A DNA stretch of 63,432 bases, counting the filler, from Chiloscyllium plagiosum (Eukaryota), in NCBI RefSeq assembly GCF_004010195.1. It is 3 parts of one record of this genome, joined end to end, with 100 filler letters (N's around TTAATTAATTAA, not from the genome) between each part and the next. Parts side by side here need not be neighbours in the genome. Positions count along the whole stretch, not along the records: positions 57,568 to 63,432 come from NC_057711.1; 2 more parts are not named here. One strand, given 5' to 3'. The translations under genes were made by a program, and so were the position numbers. The notes beneath the pieces were generated by a model. That model searched no databases, was not told where the DNA came from, and worked only from the letters and a program-made list of their open reading frames with translations. Within the stretch, counting starts at the first letter, position 1. Each line of letters opens with the position of its first letter. Below, in pieces: positions 62,418 through 63,432 of the stretch.

Positions 62418-63026
62418 TCAAGTGACTCTGTCACCTCCTGCTGCCCACTTACACTTTGTTCTTCACTAGCCCCACTTTTTCAAAATGTGTGTAGTGATCC
62501 ACTGTGGCGTATGCATCAGCATTGGTGGATTGTGCACTTGTAATGCATTCTGATATTTTTACAGATGCTGCTGCTGGGTCACTGATGGGCAGTCAGATGG
62601 AATATGTCTCCCTTGTAGACTTTTGCATTTGTGAGAGGAATTGGAAGACACCATGAGAGCCAGCCTGAGACAGCAGAAGGCTGTAACTGAAAATTCCCCC
62701 CCCTTAAATATGACCTTTGCCGCCTAATAAGCGTTAACTCCATCACAAGTTCTCGTTTTGGCCAACTTCTTCTTGGTCCATGATCCTGCCTTTCTTCATC
62801 ATGCAATCCTCCATTGCAACAATACTCTGAAAGAATAGTACACATCTGTCTATTCAAGCCTTCTCTCAGGCCGTGAGAGACCATTCCCCCTGCAAAGACA
62901 AAAGAGAGCATGATAATTCCCCAAATGTTTCTTAGAAGCAGTACATTTCAGTTGGCACAGGTCCTCAGTAGCACTATGTCGATGAGCCATTCTGGAGGGG
63001 TCAGTAAGTGACCTGTAGACACACTT

Positions 63027-63432
63027 AGAATCATAGAGTCATAGAGATGTACAGCATGGAAACAGACCCTTTGGTCCAACCTGTCCATACCGACCAGATA
63101 TCCCAACTCAATCTAGTCCCTCATGCCAGCACCTGGCCCATATCCCACCCAACCCTTCCTATTCATATACCCATCCAAATGCCTCTTAATTGTTGCAATT
63201 GTACCAGCCTCCACCACTTCCTCTAGCAGCACATTCCATACTCGTACCATCCTCTGTGTGAAAAGGCTCCACCTTAGCCTCTTTTATATCTTTCCCCTCT
63301 CACCCTAAACCTATGCCCTCTAGTTCTGGACTCCCCCACCCCAGGGAAAAGACTTTGTCTATTTATCCTATCCATGCCCCTCATAATTTTGTAAACCTCT
63401 ATAAGGTCACCCCTCAGCCTCCGACGCTCCAG
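63027..63432 (-). mobile_element. CR1 3' fragment running off the window end
   Basis: Reverse complement of 405-805. Confidence 0.95.

Noticed and set aside
61240..62900. Possible PIF/Harbinger-derived remnants flanking the PLE insert (also 33160-34330)
   Set aside because: Only a vague resemblance; no diagnostic DDE motif or TIR could be read.

Overview
This is non-coding, repeat-dense vertebrate DNA. HE1-type SINEs that share a 3' tail with HER1/CR1 LINEs point to an elasmobranch (shark). No host protein-coding gene, rRNA, tRNA gene or CRISPR array can be supported, and every recognisable ORF is a fragment of a decayed retrotransposon. The window contains many CR1 LINE pieces, one RTE LINE, one Rex1/Babar LINE and a second LINE family with a tRNA-like head. 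It also contains HE1 and Deu-type SINEs, at least one solo LTR, a Tigger-like MITE and several Penelope-like elements (PLEs). There are four assembly gaps, two of which carry an artificial TTAATTAATTAA linker. The most notable signals are: (1) about 12 copies of minimal hammerhead-ribozyme motifs in two covarying PLE families; (2) short fold-back (palindromic) PLE inserts with 12-14 bp target duplications whose inversion points cluster at the ribozyme core; (3) an exact 66-bp inverted copy of unique DNA inserted 1.2 kb away with junction microhomologies; (4) the same FADD->FAGD catalytic substitution in two different CR1 subfamilies; (5) a 57-nt exon-like unit, closed in all frames, inside a TE-free island. 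Family names come from motif recognition by eye rather than database searches, and boundaries of old repeats are approximate.
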